Of a stretch of DNA of 64,000 nt, positions 1 to 9,593 are shown piece after piece. Source of the stretch: Minisyncoccia bacterium (GTDB lineage: Bacteria > Patescibacteriota > Minisyncoccia > Phycocordibacterales > Phycocordibacteraceae); contig JBBRPE010000004.1 in assembly GCA_038228545.1 (NCBI GenBank), forward strand, positions 161-64,160. Direction: 5' to 3'. The translations under genes were made by a program, and so were the position numbers. The notes under the pieces were generated by a model. The model was not told the DNA's origin and searched no databases. It saw nothing but the letters and a program-made list of their open reading frames with translations. How positions within the stretch are numbered: position 1 is the first letter of the stretch; each line of letters starts with the position of its first letter.

Positions 1-382
1 TCCTCCGAGGTACTGCAGGATTAACCTGCTCGATTGAAGATAAGAAACGCATCCTTATCGTACCGGTCAGGTCGATAGGAAGCACGAATTAAATGTGCCT
101 GTCCCCTTTTTCCCCTTTTCGGGCGCAAGAGAGTAACTTACAACTCCCAAGCCCGCGAGCTTTTCTTGCTCATAAATATAGTCGCGCACCCACTTTATTT
201 TCTCGTCGGAGGTCATAGTAATCGTAATGTATATGCTCCCTAAATCTACGCTTTTTGAGACGTTTTTCAAAGCTACGGCTGATTTCGGTAGCCCTGTTGA
301 CAAGTAGAAGTTGCTGCTGAAATGTCGTATCATAAAGGCGTTGGGCTTTTTACTATTGGGTCAAAATAACATTACAATTGCT

Positions 383-1810
383 ATGCGTATTCTCATAAGT
401 GCTGTTACAGCGTTATCGCTTTTTGTATCAGGTTTTGCTTTCATCCCAGCCCTTGCGTCTGCACAAACAGCAGACGATTATGGCACAGGTCAAGCAGCTA
501 CAGCAGCTTGTCCTCAACTTTCTCAAACGATGGTGCGCGGTGCGAGAGACAGCGGCACTAACCCGCAAGGACAGGTAACGCAGCTGCAAAGCTTTCTTGC
601 CGACTACTATAATATTGACCCTCAAGAAATCGCGACGGGTTATTTTGGTCGCATTACGCAGGGGTATGTTATCCAGTTCCAAAAAGAGCAAGGACTGCCG
701 TCTTTTGGTATTGCAGGTCAACTCACGCGTGCAGCTATAGCAAAAGTTTGCTCCCAAACTCCTACGACTACGCAGACAAATACCCAAAACACGACACAGA
801 CCAATACTTCAAACACAAATACCACAGCCCCGAAAACTCCTACCAAACCAACGACGGTCTCAGCAGTTGGCGCAACCACAATCGCACTTACTTATCCGCA
901 AGCAGGAAGCGTACTTGCAAACAACAGTGCTAAAAGCAACAACCAGATTGCGACAATTCAATGGAATGAGCAGGGTGGAAATTACCCAATATCACTCTGG
1001 CTACAAAATTCAAATGGCCAAATTGTAAAAGCTATTGCTACCAATATCGCAGACACAGGCAGTTACGTATGGGCGAGTGACCTGTCGCTTCCGACTGGCA
1101 CTTACCAAATCAGAATTGACGTGCTATATCCGTCGGGTGCAAGCGGTCAGGACAGTGCATATAGTGGATATTTCACGCTTCAAAACCAATCACCTTCAAT
1201 TACAGTCACGTATCCTGCTGGCGGTGAACAACTCCAATACAATACTGGTAAAGATGTTGATTTTAGAGTGAACTGGGCAACATCTAATTACTCAAATACT
1301 GTCAACGTTTACCTCGTATCGTCTTCAGGTTCGCAGTGTCTTATCGGTTCCACATCTTCAAGTAATGGCACGTTCCCAATAACTATTGGCGCGAACTTCC
1401 AATGTGCGAATGGTCAGCCAGTGCCTACCTCAGGGCAATACAAAGTGGAAGTTTCAGGTGACGACGGTATCGGCGACGGAAAGGAGGTCGGTAGTTTGAG
1501 CGGCAGCTTTAAGCTTTCTCCCGCGCAATCAACACAGCCGTCCGCTACCATCACAAGTTCTCTCCAAGCCAGCACTCAAGGTAAAAGTGCTGGGCTGGTG
1601 ACCGTTTCTGGTACTGCATCAAACGTCAATCAAGTTATGGTGAGTATCAAGGGACAAACACCCGCATACGCTACCGTTACATACGGCGCGTGGTCAGGAA
1701 CGATTACAAGCGTTTACCCGAACACTTACACGGTTCAGGTAATTGACAACGATGCTGGTGCCAACAACGGTACTGTGCTTGCATCAGGTACGTTGACGGT
1801 CACGCAGTAA
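383..1810 (+). CDS. Secreted Ser/Thr-rich surface protein with N-terminal peptidoglycan-binding-like domain and Ig-like (Kre9/KNH-like) repeats
   Basis: Signal peptide MRILISAVTAL..AFIPALASA; PG-binding-1-like motif (VTQLQSFL..TGYFGRITQGYVIQFQKEQGL..G.LTRAAI); Thr-rich linker; two 'I.(L/V)TYP..G..L...W' beta-sandwich repeats. Confidence 0.8.
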   Translation: MRILISAVTALSLFVSGFAFIPALASAQTADDYGTGQAATAACPQLSQTMVRGARDSGTNPQGQVTQLQSFLADYYNIDPQEIATGYFGRITQGYVIQFQKEQGLPSFGIAGQLTRAAIAKVCSQTPTTTQTNTQNTTQTNTSNTNTTAPKTPTKPTTVSAVGATTIALTYPQAGSVLANNSAKSNNQIATIQWNEQGGNYPISLWLQNSNGQIVKAIATNIADTGSYVWASDLSLPTGTYQIRIDVLYPSGASGQDSAYSGYFTLQNQSPSITVTYPAGGEQLQYNTGKDVDFRVNWATSNYSNTVNVYLVSSSGSQCLIGSTSSSNGTFPITIGANFQCANGQPVPTSGQYKVEVSGDDGIGDGKEVGSLSGSFKLSPAQSTQPSATITSSLQASTQGKSAGLVTVSGTASNVNQVMVSIKGQTPAYATVTYGAWSGTITSVYPNTYTVQVIDNDAGANNGTVLASGTLTVTQ

Positions 1811-1827
1811 ATAGCATAGAAAATAAA

Positions 1828-1859
1828 CAAAACACCGCTCGTAACAGGGCGGTGTTTTG
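1828..1859 (+). terminator. Intrinsic terminator
   Basis: CAAAACACCGC..GCGGTGTTTTG hairpin just after the stop codon. Confidence 0.75.
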
Positions 1860-1959
1860 CTATGGTTTAGGCAGTAGCCATCAGGTCTGATATAAAGATT
1901 TGGTAGGCAAAGTTTGACTTTCCACCCAAAAGAGCAGTTCCAACATCGTCCAAGACCCC

Positions 1960-2126
1960 CAGCAAATGAAAAACCCCGAAAGGGGTCTTTTCATTTGTTG
2001 CGGGAAGCAGACTTGGGAAGTCTGCGGCTAGGACTCGAAGATGTTGCGAGCATAATCAGGGAGCGAAGCGACCCAGATTATCCGCAACGTATACTGCTCC
2101 GTAGGGAGAGAGTCCTAGTCTCGCAG
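1960..2126. repeat. Structured intergenic element with tRNA-T-arm-like inverted ends
   Basis: Hairpins at 1963-1997 and 2007-2025; outer inverted repeat CTAGGACTC (2028-2036) / GAGTCCTAG (2110-2118) enclosing GTTGCG..ATAATC..GAGCGAAGCGA..GATTAT..CGCAAC. Confidence 0.6.
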
Positions 2127-2259
2127 CTTGTTCACAAATTTCACTGGCTGGATGGTATTAGAACCACTCATCATTGTAAAATTGTTATAGTTTAGTTATT
2201 CATACATAATTTGGTGTTTCTTAAGTAAGACGGTTCTATACAAAACGGACAACAATACT

Positions 2260-3027
2260 ATGAAATTAATAGGAAAAACAATCTTGATTACAGGAGGGGC
2301 ATCGGGCATTGGGCTCGAGGCGGCTAAACAGTTTTTGTCCCATGGTCTGAAAGTTATTATTACAGGCCGAGAACAAGAAAAGCTGAATGAAATAAAAAAG
2401 TTATACCCAGGTTTAATCACTATTAAAAGTGACCTAACGAGTGCTGAAGATGCGAAGTCACTTTTGAACCAAGTTAAAGAGTGTGGCGGGATTGATATTT
2501 TGTACAATAACGCAGGCGTCATGAGTCGACCTGCAAACTTAGGAATTACAAATGACAGTCATTTTGCAAATGCAACAAACGAAATAAACACAAACTATCT
2601 GGGAGTGATTCGCCTCAACAATCTTTTTATCGACATGCTGAATTCCAGAGAAGAAGCTGCGATCATTAATACCACTTCGATATTGAGCTACGTGCCGTTC
2701 ATCCTTGCGCCCACATATGCAGCGTCGAAAGTAGCCTTGCGCTTCTATACGGAATCGCTTAGGAGTCATTTGCTAATTATTGGTAGCAAGATCAAAATAT
2801 TTGAATTATTGCCGCCAGTAGTAGCTACTCGCATGGCCGACAATCTCGACACACAAACGATTACCCCGACAAGATTAGTTCAAGCACTGATTGGTGGACT
2901 TACAAAAGACCGGTACACAATACGAGTTGGTAATACAAAATTGGTGTATTTATTGAGTCGACTTTCACCAAAATTAGTATTCAACATTCTTAATTCCAAG
3001 AAGAATGCTCGTTTATTGCAAAAATAA
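2260..3027 (+). CDS. SDR family oxidoreductase (DltE-like)
   Basis: TGGASGIG Rossmann motif, NNAG, YAASK catalytic motif. Confidence 0.92.
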   Translation: MKLIGKTILITGGASGIGLEAAKQFLSHGLKVIITGREQEKLNEIKKLYPGLITIKSDLTSAEDAKSLLNQVKECGGIDILYNNAGVMSRPANLGITNDSHFANATNEINTNYLGVIRLNNLFIDMLNSREEAAIINTTSILSYVPFILAPTYAASKVALRFYTESLRSHLLIIGSKIKIFELLPPVVATRMADNLDTQTITPTRLVQALIGGLTKDRYTIRVGNTKLVYLLSRLSPKLVFNILNSKKNARLLQK

Positions 3028-3058
3028 TCTTTGTCTTATGCTTGGCACTAGTAAACCG

Positions 3059-3511
3059 ATGCTCTTGCAAAGCTCATGTGCATGCGGAACTTGTGGCGTC
3101 GAAGCGACAGTGATTCCAGTAGATCGATTTGTTTGTCACTGCTTGTTTTGCCAAACGTTTACAGGTATGCCGTTTTCGGATGTTACCATCTTTCGTGCTA
3201 AGGATGTTGCTATAAAAAATCCCGATAATCTTTCGTTTAAGAAATATCGGTGGCTTCCCCCACGACTTAATCGGGGACACTGCAGCACTTGCGGAAAACC
3301 GGTTGTTGAGTTGAGTGGCTCAGGATTATTTGCGCTTGTCTTTATCCCAAGTAATAGTTTTTCAAAACAAGAACTGCTACCAGTAATTCAACGGCACACT
3401 TTCTATCATCGACGCATACGAGATGCAGACGACCATTTGCCCAAACACAGCAGTTTTTTGAGTAGTCAACTAGTGCTTATAAAGATGTCTATTCATACCT
3501 TGTTACGTTAG
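3059..3511 (+). CDS. GFA/CENP-V family zinc-binding protein
   Basis: CACG, CHCLFCQ and RGHCSTCG motifs. Confidence 0.85.
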   Translation: MLLQSSCACGTCGVEATVIPVDRFVCHCLFCQTFTGMPFSDVTIFRAKDVAIKNPDNLSFKKYRWLPPRLNRGHCSTCGKPVVELSGSGLFALVFIPSNSFSKQELLPVIQRHTFYHRRIRDADDHLPKHSSFLSSQLVLIKMSIHTLLR

Positions 3512-3628
3512 AGCCCATTTGGACAGGAATGGTCAGATCCACTGGCTGGATTCGAGGCTAGATACTGCCTAAAAAAGTTCCCACGTCGTACCAAATTCCG
3601 GCCACAAAAGCTGACGTATGCTGGGCAC

Positions 3629-3978
3629 ATGCTCAAACAGAATCTGTATGCGACTCCCTTCGCAAGGGTCTATCCGTACTACATTGCGAAGGCTGAGAAA
3701 AAAGCCGAACAAAAGCAGAAGTCGATAAGATAATTCGTTGGTTAACGGGGTATACCTCGAAGGGACTGGAAACACAACTGAAGAAACAAACAGACTTTGA
3801 GACTTTTTATACCAAGGCTCCCAAAATGAATCCTTCGCGAGTGTTAATTACTGGTGTGATTTGCGGTATTCGCGTCGAAGAAATTAAAGACCCGCTTATG
3901 CAGGAAATTCGTTATTTCGATAAATTAATAGATGAATTGGCAAAGGGGAAAGAAATGTCCAAGATTTTGAGAACGTAA
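3629..3978 (+). pseudogene. DUF2200 family gene split by a 1-nt frameshift
   Basis: Frame 1 reads [25 protein letters not shown]; the -1 frame continues [16 protein letters not shown]...[13 protein letters not shown]...[16 protein letters not shown]. The shift is at the A6 run, 3698-3703. Confidence 0.8.
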
Positions 3979-4039
3979 TTCTCCGGTTCGGTTAACACGT
4001 TCGTGCCTACTGTATTTACAGTGATTCTAAGTTCTGAAT

Positions 4040-4342
4040 CTAGTACGATTGCAAGCTCACAAACGTAAGTGTGATTAGTGTTACTGCACCGAATATACCG
4101 AGAGATTTTAGAAAATACGACAGCGCTTCAGCCTTCTTATTTTCTATCAGTTTGAGTACTGGTTGATAGAAAAAGAGAAACGCCATAATCGCTGCTGAAA
4201 ACACCACGAGTGAAATCAATCCCATACTGTCAAGCAGTGTGTCCGGAGTGTCGTGACGAAGTGAACCAATAAAGTGTATAAACAGTGCCACGGCACCAAT
4301 ATAGGCTGCAGCCGTGAATGCACTTAGAAACGGATTCTTCAT
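4040..4342 (-). CDS. Hypothetical 3-TM membrane protein
   Basis: 100-aa ORF with three hydrophobic segments; TATAGT -10 box just upstream. Confidence 0.75.
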   Translation of the reverse strand: MKNPFLSAFTAAAYIGAVALFIHFIGSLRHDTPDTLLDSMGLISLVVFSAAIMAFLFFYQPVLKLIENKKAEALSYFLKSLGIFGAVTLITLTFVSLQSY

Positions 4343-4479
4343 ATAGTGACTATAACCCCATAGAAGCCCCTCTAGTTACTGGTGGAAGAACTGCAACGGT
4401 AATCGCAGCAGCACCGTGCTTGGAAAAGATATATACTAGGGAGGTAAAAGAGTGTTTCTATAAATAACCGTTTCAATAT

Positions 4480-4812
4480 ATGAAGAAATTTATGGTGCTG
4501 TATATGATGCCGGCCGCAGTAATGGCTGAGATGATGAAAAACAGTACTCCAGAAATGAGAGAGAAGGGAATGAAGGAATGGAAGGATTGGATGGAAACCC
4601 ACAAAGCTGACCTCGCTGAATTTGGCGGCTCGTTTGGGAAAAATATGCGTGTCACCAAAGAAGGCGGAACCATGCAGTCAAATGACCTTGGCGGCTATTC
4701 TGTTATTCAAGCTGAATCGCAGGAAGCAGTAGCCAACATTTTGGCAGACAATCCGAGTTTTTCCGACATGCCCGGTTCTTACATTGAGGTCATGGAAATC
4801 ATGACGATGTAA
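4480..4812 (+). CDS. YciI-like dimeric alpha/beta-barrel protein
   Basis: MKKFMVLY...GGYSVIQAES.EA......NP......IEV pattern. Confidence 0.75.
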   Translation: MKKFMVLYMMPAAVMAEMMKNSTPEMREKGMKEWKDWMETHKADLAEFGGSFGKNMRVTKEGGTMQSNDLGGYSVIQAESQEAVANILADNPSFSDMPGSYIEVMEIMTM

Positions 4813-4834
4813 AGCAGGGTGTGCGGGACGTAGT

Positions 4835-4871
4835 AAGTAAAATACCCCTTCGCTAAAGGGGTGTTTTACTT
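4835..4871. terminator. Intrinsic terminator (bidirectional-type)
   Basis: AAGTAAAATACCCCTT / AAGGGGTGTTTTACTT hairpin. Confidence 0.75.
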
Positions 4872-4972
4872 TCAGGGTTGTGGCGTCGTACCACAGGTAG
4901 TCGCTTCTTTCTCCGTGGTAGCGGTGTATGGCACCTCATGAATCCTACAGACAATTTTGTTATACTGCGGGC

Positions 4973-5458
4973 ATGCAAAAAATCACACCCTTTCTCTGGT
5001 TCGATAGTGAGGCTGAAGAGGCAGCGCAATTCTATGTAACTATCTTTCCAAACGCAAAACTCGGTGACGTCGTGCGATTCCCGGGTGGTGGGGAAGAAGT
5101 GACGGGTAAACCTACTGGGTCGGTAATGACAGCAGAATTCGAAATTGACGGACAAAAATTCGTAGGTCTAAATGGTGGCCCACACTTTAAATTCTCTGAA
5201 GCTGTTTCGTTCCTTATCGGATGTAAGGACCAGGAAGAAATAGATTACTACTGGGAGAAGCTCGCCGAAGGAGGGACTGAAAGTCAGTGTGGCTGGCTCA
5301 AAGATAAATTCGGACTCTCCTGGCAGGTAGCGCCGACAAACATGGCAGAGTTTATGAAAGGCTCTACACCGGAGGGCTCAAAAGCTGCAATGCAGGCAAT
5401 GCTGAAGATGAAAAAAATAGTCATCGCCGACCTCGAAGCTGCACGTGATTCGGTGTAA
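4973..5458 (+). CDS. VOC family protein (PhnB / 3-demethylubiquinone-9 3-methyltransferase-like)
   Basis: MQKITPFLWF..AEEAA.FY; LNGGP.FKFSEAVSF; CGWLKDKFGLSWQV. Confidence 0.92.
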   Translation: MQKITPFLWFDSEAEEAAQFYVTIFPNAKLGDVVRFPGGGEEVTGKPTGSVMTAEFEIDGQKFVGLNGGPHFKFSEAVSFLIGCKDQEEIDYYWEKLAEGGTESQCGWLKDKFGLSWQVAPTNMAEFMKGSTPEGSKAAMQAMLKMKKIVIADLEAARDSV

Positions 5459-5460
5459 GA

Positions 5461-6084
5461 ATGAAAAAGCCTCAGGTAAAGCGAGCGGAGCTTGCGCATC
5501 AGTCTTTGGTGCCAGGGCCGGAAGTGTATGCAACTGACTCACTACTGGTGGGTCTTGCATTTGCAGACACAAAAATCGGAGTGCTCACATTTGATGAGTC
5601 CGTCATTGAGAGTAGCGCATTCACTAGTATGAAAGCAGCAGAGCTATCCTTCAGTGACTGCATTGTTGAGAAATGCGATTTCACGGGAGCAGAGCTTAAT
5701 TCAGCACAGATGAATCGTGTGCATATAAAAGGCTCTCGTATGCAAGGAACCAGTCTCCCGGAAGCCTTGATAACGGATACTCGTATAGAGGTATCGAAGC
5801 TGAACGATGCCAACTTCCGGTTCTCAAAGTTGAAAGGAGTTTCCTTTGAGAGGTGCGAGATGGAAGGTGTGGACTTTATGGGTTGCACGCTCGAAGACGT
5901 TGCGTTTCTCAACTGTAATCTAAAAGGAGCACAGTTCTTGAAAGTAAAAATGAATGACGTGCGCCTTACAACTTCCGAGATAGAAGATATCAAGATAGAT
6001 AAGGACAGCATCGCCAAAGTTACGGTCTCAAGTGCTCAGGCGCTCTATCTCTCGGGTGTACTCGGCCTTACGATAGAAGATTAA
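5461..6084 (+). CDS. Pentapeptide repeat protein
   Basis: Tandem CDFTG/AELNS/ANFRF/VDFMG/CNLKG repeats. Confidence 0.88.
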   Translation: MKKPQVKRAELAHQSLVPGPEVYATDSLLVGLAFADTKIGVLTFDESVIESSAFTSMKAAELSFSDCIVEKCDFTGAELNSAQMNRVHIKGSRMQGTSLPEALITDTRIEVSKLNDANFRFSKLKGVSFERCEMEGVDFMGCTLEDVAFLNCNLKGAQFLKVKMNDVRLTTSEIEDIKIDKDSIAKVTVSSAQALYLSGVLGLTIED

Positions 6085-6114
6085 GAACTCGTTAGGGCCT
6101 GGTAGACTAAGAGT

Positions 6115-6828
6115 ATGACTCGCGTACCCACCCACAAAGAGCTCCATACCGGCTCAATGAACAATCGCCTGAATTGGCTTCGGGCATCGGTGCTCGGTGT
6201 GAATGACGGCATCATCTCGCTTGCGGCGCTTGTGGTGGGTGTTGCTGGTGCTTCAGCTACCTCAGGAACTATCCTCGTTACAGGCATCGCTGGGCTCATC
6301 GCCGGGTCACTTTCCATGATGGTAGGCGAGTACGTCTCCGTATCCAGCCAACGCGATACTGAGCGCGTACTCCTTGAAAAGGAACGTCATGAACTCAAGC
6401 ATGAGGCAGAAAGCGAACTCGCTGAGCTGACGGATATATATGAGCGAAAAGGACTTACACCCGCGACCGCGAAGCAGGTCGCGCTTGAACTTACTGCACA
6501 TGACGCATTTACCGCGCATGTGGAAGCAGAGCTCGGTATTGATCCCAATAACTTAACCAATCCATGGCAGGCAGGTATCGCGTCAGCCATTGCGTACTCA
6601 GTCGGTGCACTCATTCCACTACTTACTATCGTACTTTCCCCGATAGGGACGCGCGTTACGGCTACGTTTGCGGCTGTGCTCGTGGCACTTATCATCACTG
6701 GTATCGTCAGTGCGAAGGTTACTGGAGCACGCGTGCTTCCCGTCACTGTGCGCGTCGTGCTTGGCGGCATATTCGCAATGGTGGTTACCTTCGGTATTGG
6801 TAAGCTCTTCAACGTATCAGTTCATTAG
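6115..6828 (+). CDS. VIT1/CCC1 family Fe/Mn transporter
   Basis: LNWLRASVLGVNDGIIS; GEYVSVSSQRD; LTNPWQA. Confidence 0.93.
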   Translation: MTRVPTHKELHTGSMNNRLNWLRASVLGVNDGIISLAALVVGVAGASATSGTILVTGIAGLIAGSLSMMVGEYVSVSSQRDTERVLLEKERHELKHEAESELAELTDIYERKGLTPATAKQVALELTAHDAFTAHVEAELGIDPNNLTNPWQAGIASAIAYSVGALIPLLTIVLSPIGTRVTATFAAVLVALIITGIVSAKVTGARVLPVTVRVVLGGIFAMVVTFGIGKLFNVSVH

Positions 6829-6871
6829 TCGGAACCTGGCACAGGATGCCTAACCTGGTACACTCCACACC

Positions 6872-7756
6872 ATGTACGACGTACTGCTTTTCTATTCATA
6901 CGTAACGGTCGAAGACCCACAAGCCCTTATGGAGTGGGTGCGTACGACAGCACAGAAGCTCGACCTTACTGGTCGAGTGCTTATTGCTGAAGAAGGAATC
7001 AACGGAACACTTGAGGGTCTTCCCGAAAATACGGCACTATTTGCCGAGGCTATCACTAGCGACGCTCGCTTTGCAGATATGTCGATAAAGCACAGTGCCG
7101 GAACGGGAGATGCGTTTAAGAAACTCTCTATAAAGGTACGTGATGAAATAGTGGGTACGCAGTTTCCAAAGGACGTAGACCCACGAACAAAGACCGGAAC
7201 ACGCCTTACTCCTGAAGAGCTCCGTAGTTGGTATGAAACCGGTCGCGATTTCGAAATTATCGATATGCGTAATGACTACGAATTCCGTTCCGGGCACTTT
7301 AAGAATTCAATAAATCCGGGACTTGAGGCGTCGAGAGATTTACCGAGCGCACTCCCTAAACTCGAAGGACTTAAAGACAAGACCGTACTTACCGTCTGCA
7401 CCGGAGGCGTGCGGTGTGAAAAGATGTCGGCCTATCTGCTCTCTCAGGGTTTCAAAGATGTCTATCAACTTGAGAATGGCATGCATGGCTACATGGAAAA
7501 ATATCCGGGACAGGATTTCGAGGGGACTCTCTACACGTTCGACGAGCGACTCACGATGGATTTCGGCGGGAATCGAGAAATAGTTGGGAAGTGCCATCTT
7601 TGTGAGTCGGCAACTGAGACCTATGTAAACTGCGGCAATAATTTCTGTCACCTGCATTTTCTCGTTTGTGAGGATTGCATCGGGGAATCAGTGACCTACT
7701 GCAGTAGCGAGTGTCGTGTACGTATAGAGGAAGCCGAACAACAGCTCCATGGCTAA
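6872..7756 (+). CDS. trhO: Rhodanese-domain tRNA U34 hydroxylase (UPF0176/TrhO)
   Basis: GRVLIAEEGINGT; DMRNDYE; CTGGVRCEK; C-terminal Cys cluster. Confidence 0.88.
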   Translation: MYDVLLFYSYVTVEDPQALMEWVRTTAQKLDLTGRVLIAEEGINGTLEGLPENTALFAEAITSDARFADMSIKHSAGTGDAFKKLSIKVRDEIVGTQFPKDVDPRTKTGTRLTPEELRSWYETGRDFEIIDMRNDYEFRSGHFKNSINPGLEASRDLPSALPKLEGLKDKTVLTVCTGGVRCEKMSAYLLSQGFKDVYQLENGMHGYMEKYPGQDFEGTLYTFDERLTMDFGGNREIVGKCHLCESATETYVNCGNNFCHLHFLVCEDCIGESVTYCSSECRVRIEEAEQQLHG

Positions 7757-8996
7757 GCAAAAAGTACTCCACGACGTCATCATCGTGGGTGGGGGAGCGG
7801 CGGGCATGATGGCTGCGGGAGTAGCTGCAGCAAGGGGTAAGCGCGTTCTTCTGCTTGAAAAGAACGCCAAGCTTGGCGAGAAACTTTCCATATCGGGTGG
7901 TAAACGCTGCAATATCCTCAACGCCGAACGTGACCAGAAGAAACTGCTTGCGAACTACGGAAGCTCGGAGCAATTTCTGTACTCGGCTTTTTCGAAGTTC
8001 GGCATGCAGGACTCGTTTAATTTCTTTGAAGAGCGAGGACTTCCGCTCAAAGTAGAAGCACGTAACAGAGCCTTTCCAAAAAGCGAGCACGCCCGGGATG
8101 TGGTTGATACGCTTCGTGCCTATCTCGTAGAAGGCAAGGTACAGATAAAGTTGAATGCGCAGGTCACAAAAATTAAACATAAGAATGGAACTATAGAGTG
8201 TGTCGAGGTCGCCGGTGAGCCTTTCTATGCTGACTCCTACGTGTTTGCTACTGGTGGACTCTCTCGACCTTCAACAGGTTCGACCGGAGACGGATTCAAC
8301 TGGCTTACCGAGCTCGGCCACACTGTAGCAACACCTACTCCCGCAATCGTCCCGCTCAACGTAAAAGAAAAATGGGTAAAAGACGCAGCAGGCATAGCCC
8401 TACCAAACGTAAAAGTAGCCTTTGCAGTAGACGGGGTTCGCTCTTTCTCTAAGACCGGTCCACTACTTTTCACGCATACCGGTATCTCTGGACCGGTCGT
8501 ACTTAATTCCTCGGCGAAGGTAGCAGACCTCTTTCAAGAAGGGGAAGTAACCGTACATATTGATATGTTTCCTGACCGCGACCTCGGCTCGCTTGATGAA
8601 CAGCTAACCGATTTGTTCGCACGTAACAAAAATAAAGACGTAAAGAATGTACTAAAAGAGTTCGTACCGGCCGGTATGCCGAGTGTACTGCTCTCTCGTA
8701 TACCTGAGATGCCAGCAGAAGCAAAAGTGAACGGAGTAACCAAAGAAATCCGTCGTACACTCCTCGAGCTTTCGAAGAATTTTACTCTCACCGTTACCGG
8801 ACTTGCCGGCTTCGAGAAGGCCGTGGTGGCTGACGGCGGAGTTCCACTTACCGAGATTGATATGCGCACGATGCATTCGAATACAATCGACAATTTGTTC
8901 GTTATTGGCGATTTACTCCACATCAATCGTCCGTCCGGTGGCTTCTCACTGCAGCTTTGCTGGACGCTCGGTTATACGGCAGGAATGAATGCTTAG
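7749..8996 (+). CDS. HI0933/BaiN-family NAD(P)/FAD flavoprotein (YhiN/RdsA-like)
   Basis: GGGAAGMMAA; KLSISGGKRCN; ATGG.S.P.TGSTGDG; FTH.GISGP; GGFSLQ. Confidence 0.92.
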   Translation: MAKQKVLHDVIIVGGGAAGMMAAGVAAARGKRVLLLEKNAKLGEKLSISGGKRCNILNAERDQKKLLANYGSSEQFLYSAFSKFGMQDSFNFFEERGLPLKVEARNRAFPKSEHARDVVDTLRAYLVEGKVQIKLNAQVTKIKHKNGTIECVEVAGEPFYADSYVFATGGLSRPSTGSTGDGFNWLTELGHTVATPTPAIVPLNVKEKWVKDAAGIALPNVKVAFAVDGVRSFSKTGPLLFTHTGISGPVVLNSSAKVADLFQEGEVTVHIDMFPDRDLGSLDEQLTDLFARNKNKDVKNVLKEFVPAGMPSVLLSRIPEMPAEAKVNGVTKEIRRTLLELSKNFTLTVTGLAGFEKAVVADGGVPLTEIDMRTMHSNTIDNLFVIGDLLHINRPSGGFSLQLCWTLGYTAGMNA

Positions 8997-9012
8997 AATC
9001 TATACTAGGAAT

Positions 9013-9549
9013 ATGCCTGAACAACAGAACCCGACAGTACAAGGCCATCACCTTTTTATAGAACCTCCAGCAGAATGCTTTTCCAATCTGGAAAAACTAA
9101 TAGTAAATCTTGCAGAACAAGAAGGAGGACCGGTTTTTACTCCGCACATAACTCTCTTGGCGGGGATTGTCGAACCGTCCGTAGAAGTTTTGAGAGCAAA
9201 GGCAGAAAAAATAGCTTTAGCAACACACCCTTTTCAAATTACATTCGACTCGCTTGGCGTCGAAGACGCGCCGTTTCGAGCGCTGTACGTACGCGTCAAC
9301 CCGAGTAGGGAACTCTCTGAAATGCATAGAGTAGCACTTGATACTTTTGCTGTTACTGAAGTTTCAGAATATATGCCGCACCTGAGTTTGTTATACGGAA
9401 ACTACGCTCGCGCTCATAAAGAGAAGCTCCTTGGAGATTTTGCTTACCTGTCAGACATGCATTTTCCCGTCACGGCAATTTCGCTGTACGAAACAATGGG
9501 ACCTACCTCGACGTGGAAGAAAATTGATGAATATCTACTCGCTTCTTGA
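9013..9549 (+). CDS. 2H phosphoesterase (cyclic phosphodiesterase / 2'-5' RNA ligase-like)
   Basis: Two HxT/S motifs: PHITL and PHLSL. Confidence 0.85.
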   Translation: MPEQQNPTVQGHHLFIEPPAECFSNLEKLIVNLAEQEGGPVFTPHITLLAGIVEPSVEVLRAKAEKIALATHPFQITFDSLGVEDAPFRALYVRVNPSRELSEMHRVALDTFAVTEVSEYMPHLSLLYGNYARAHKEKLLGDFAYLSDMHFPVTAISLYETMGPTSTWKKIDEYLLAS

Positions 9550-9593
9550 GTCTGCTGGGATAAAAGCGCGGAATGCGGTAGGGTAGGAGAAAC

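Noticed and set aside
67-333. Short minus-strand ORF
   Set aside because: No recognisable family; possibly a decayed gene running off the window edge
2022-2126. Real tRNA gene
   Set aside because: Only T-arm/acceptor-like ends; no D or anticodon arm identifiable
5461-6084. Qnr quinolone-resistance call
   Set aside because: Pentapeptide repeats alone do not establish Qnr function
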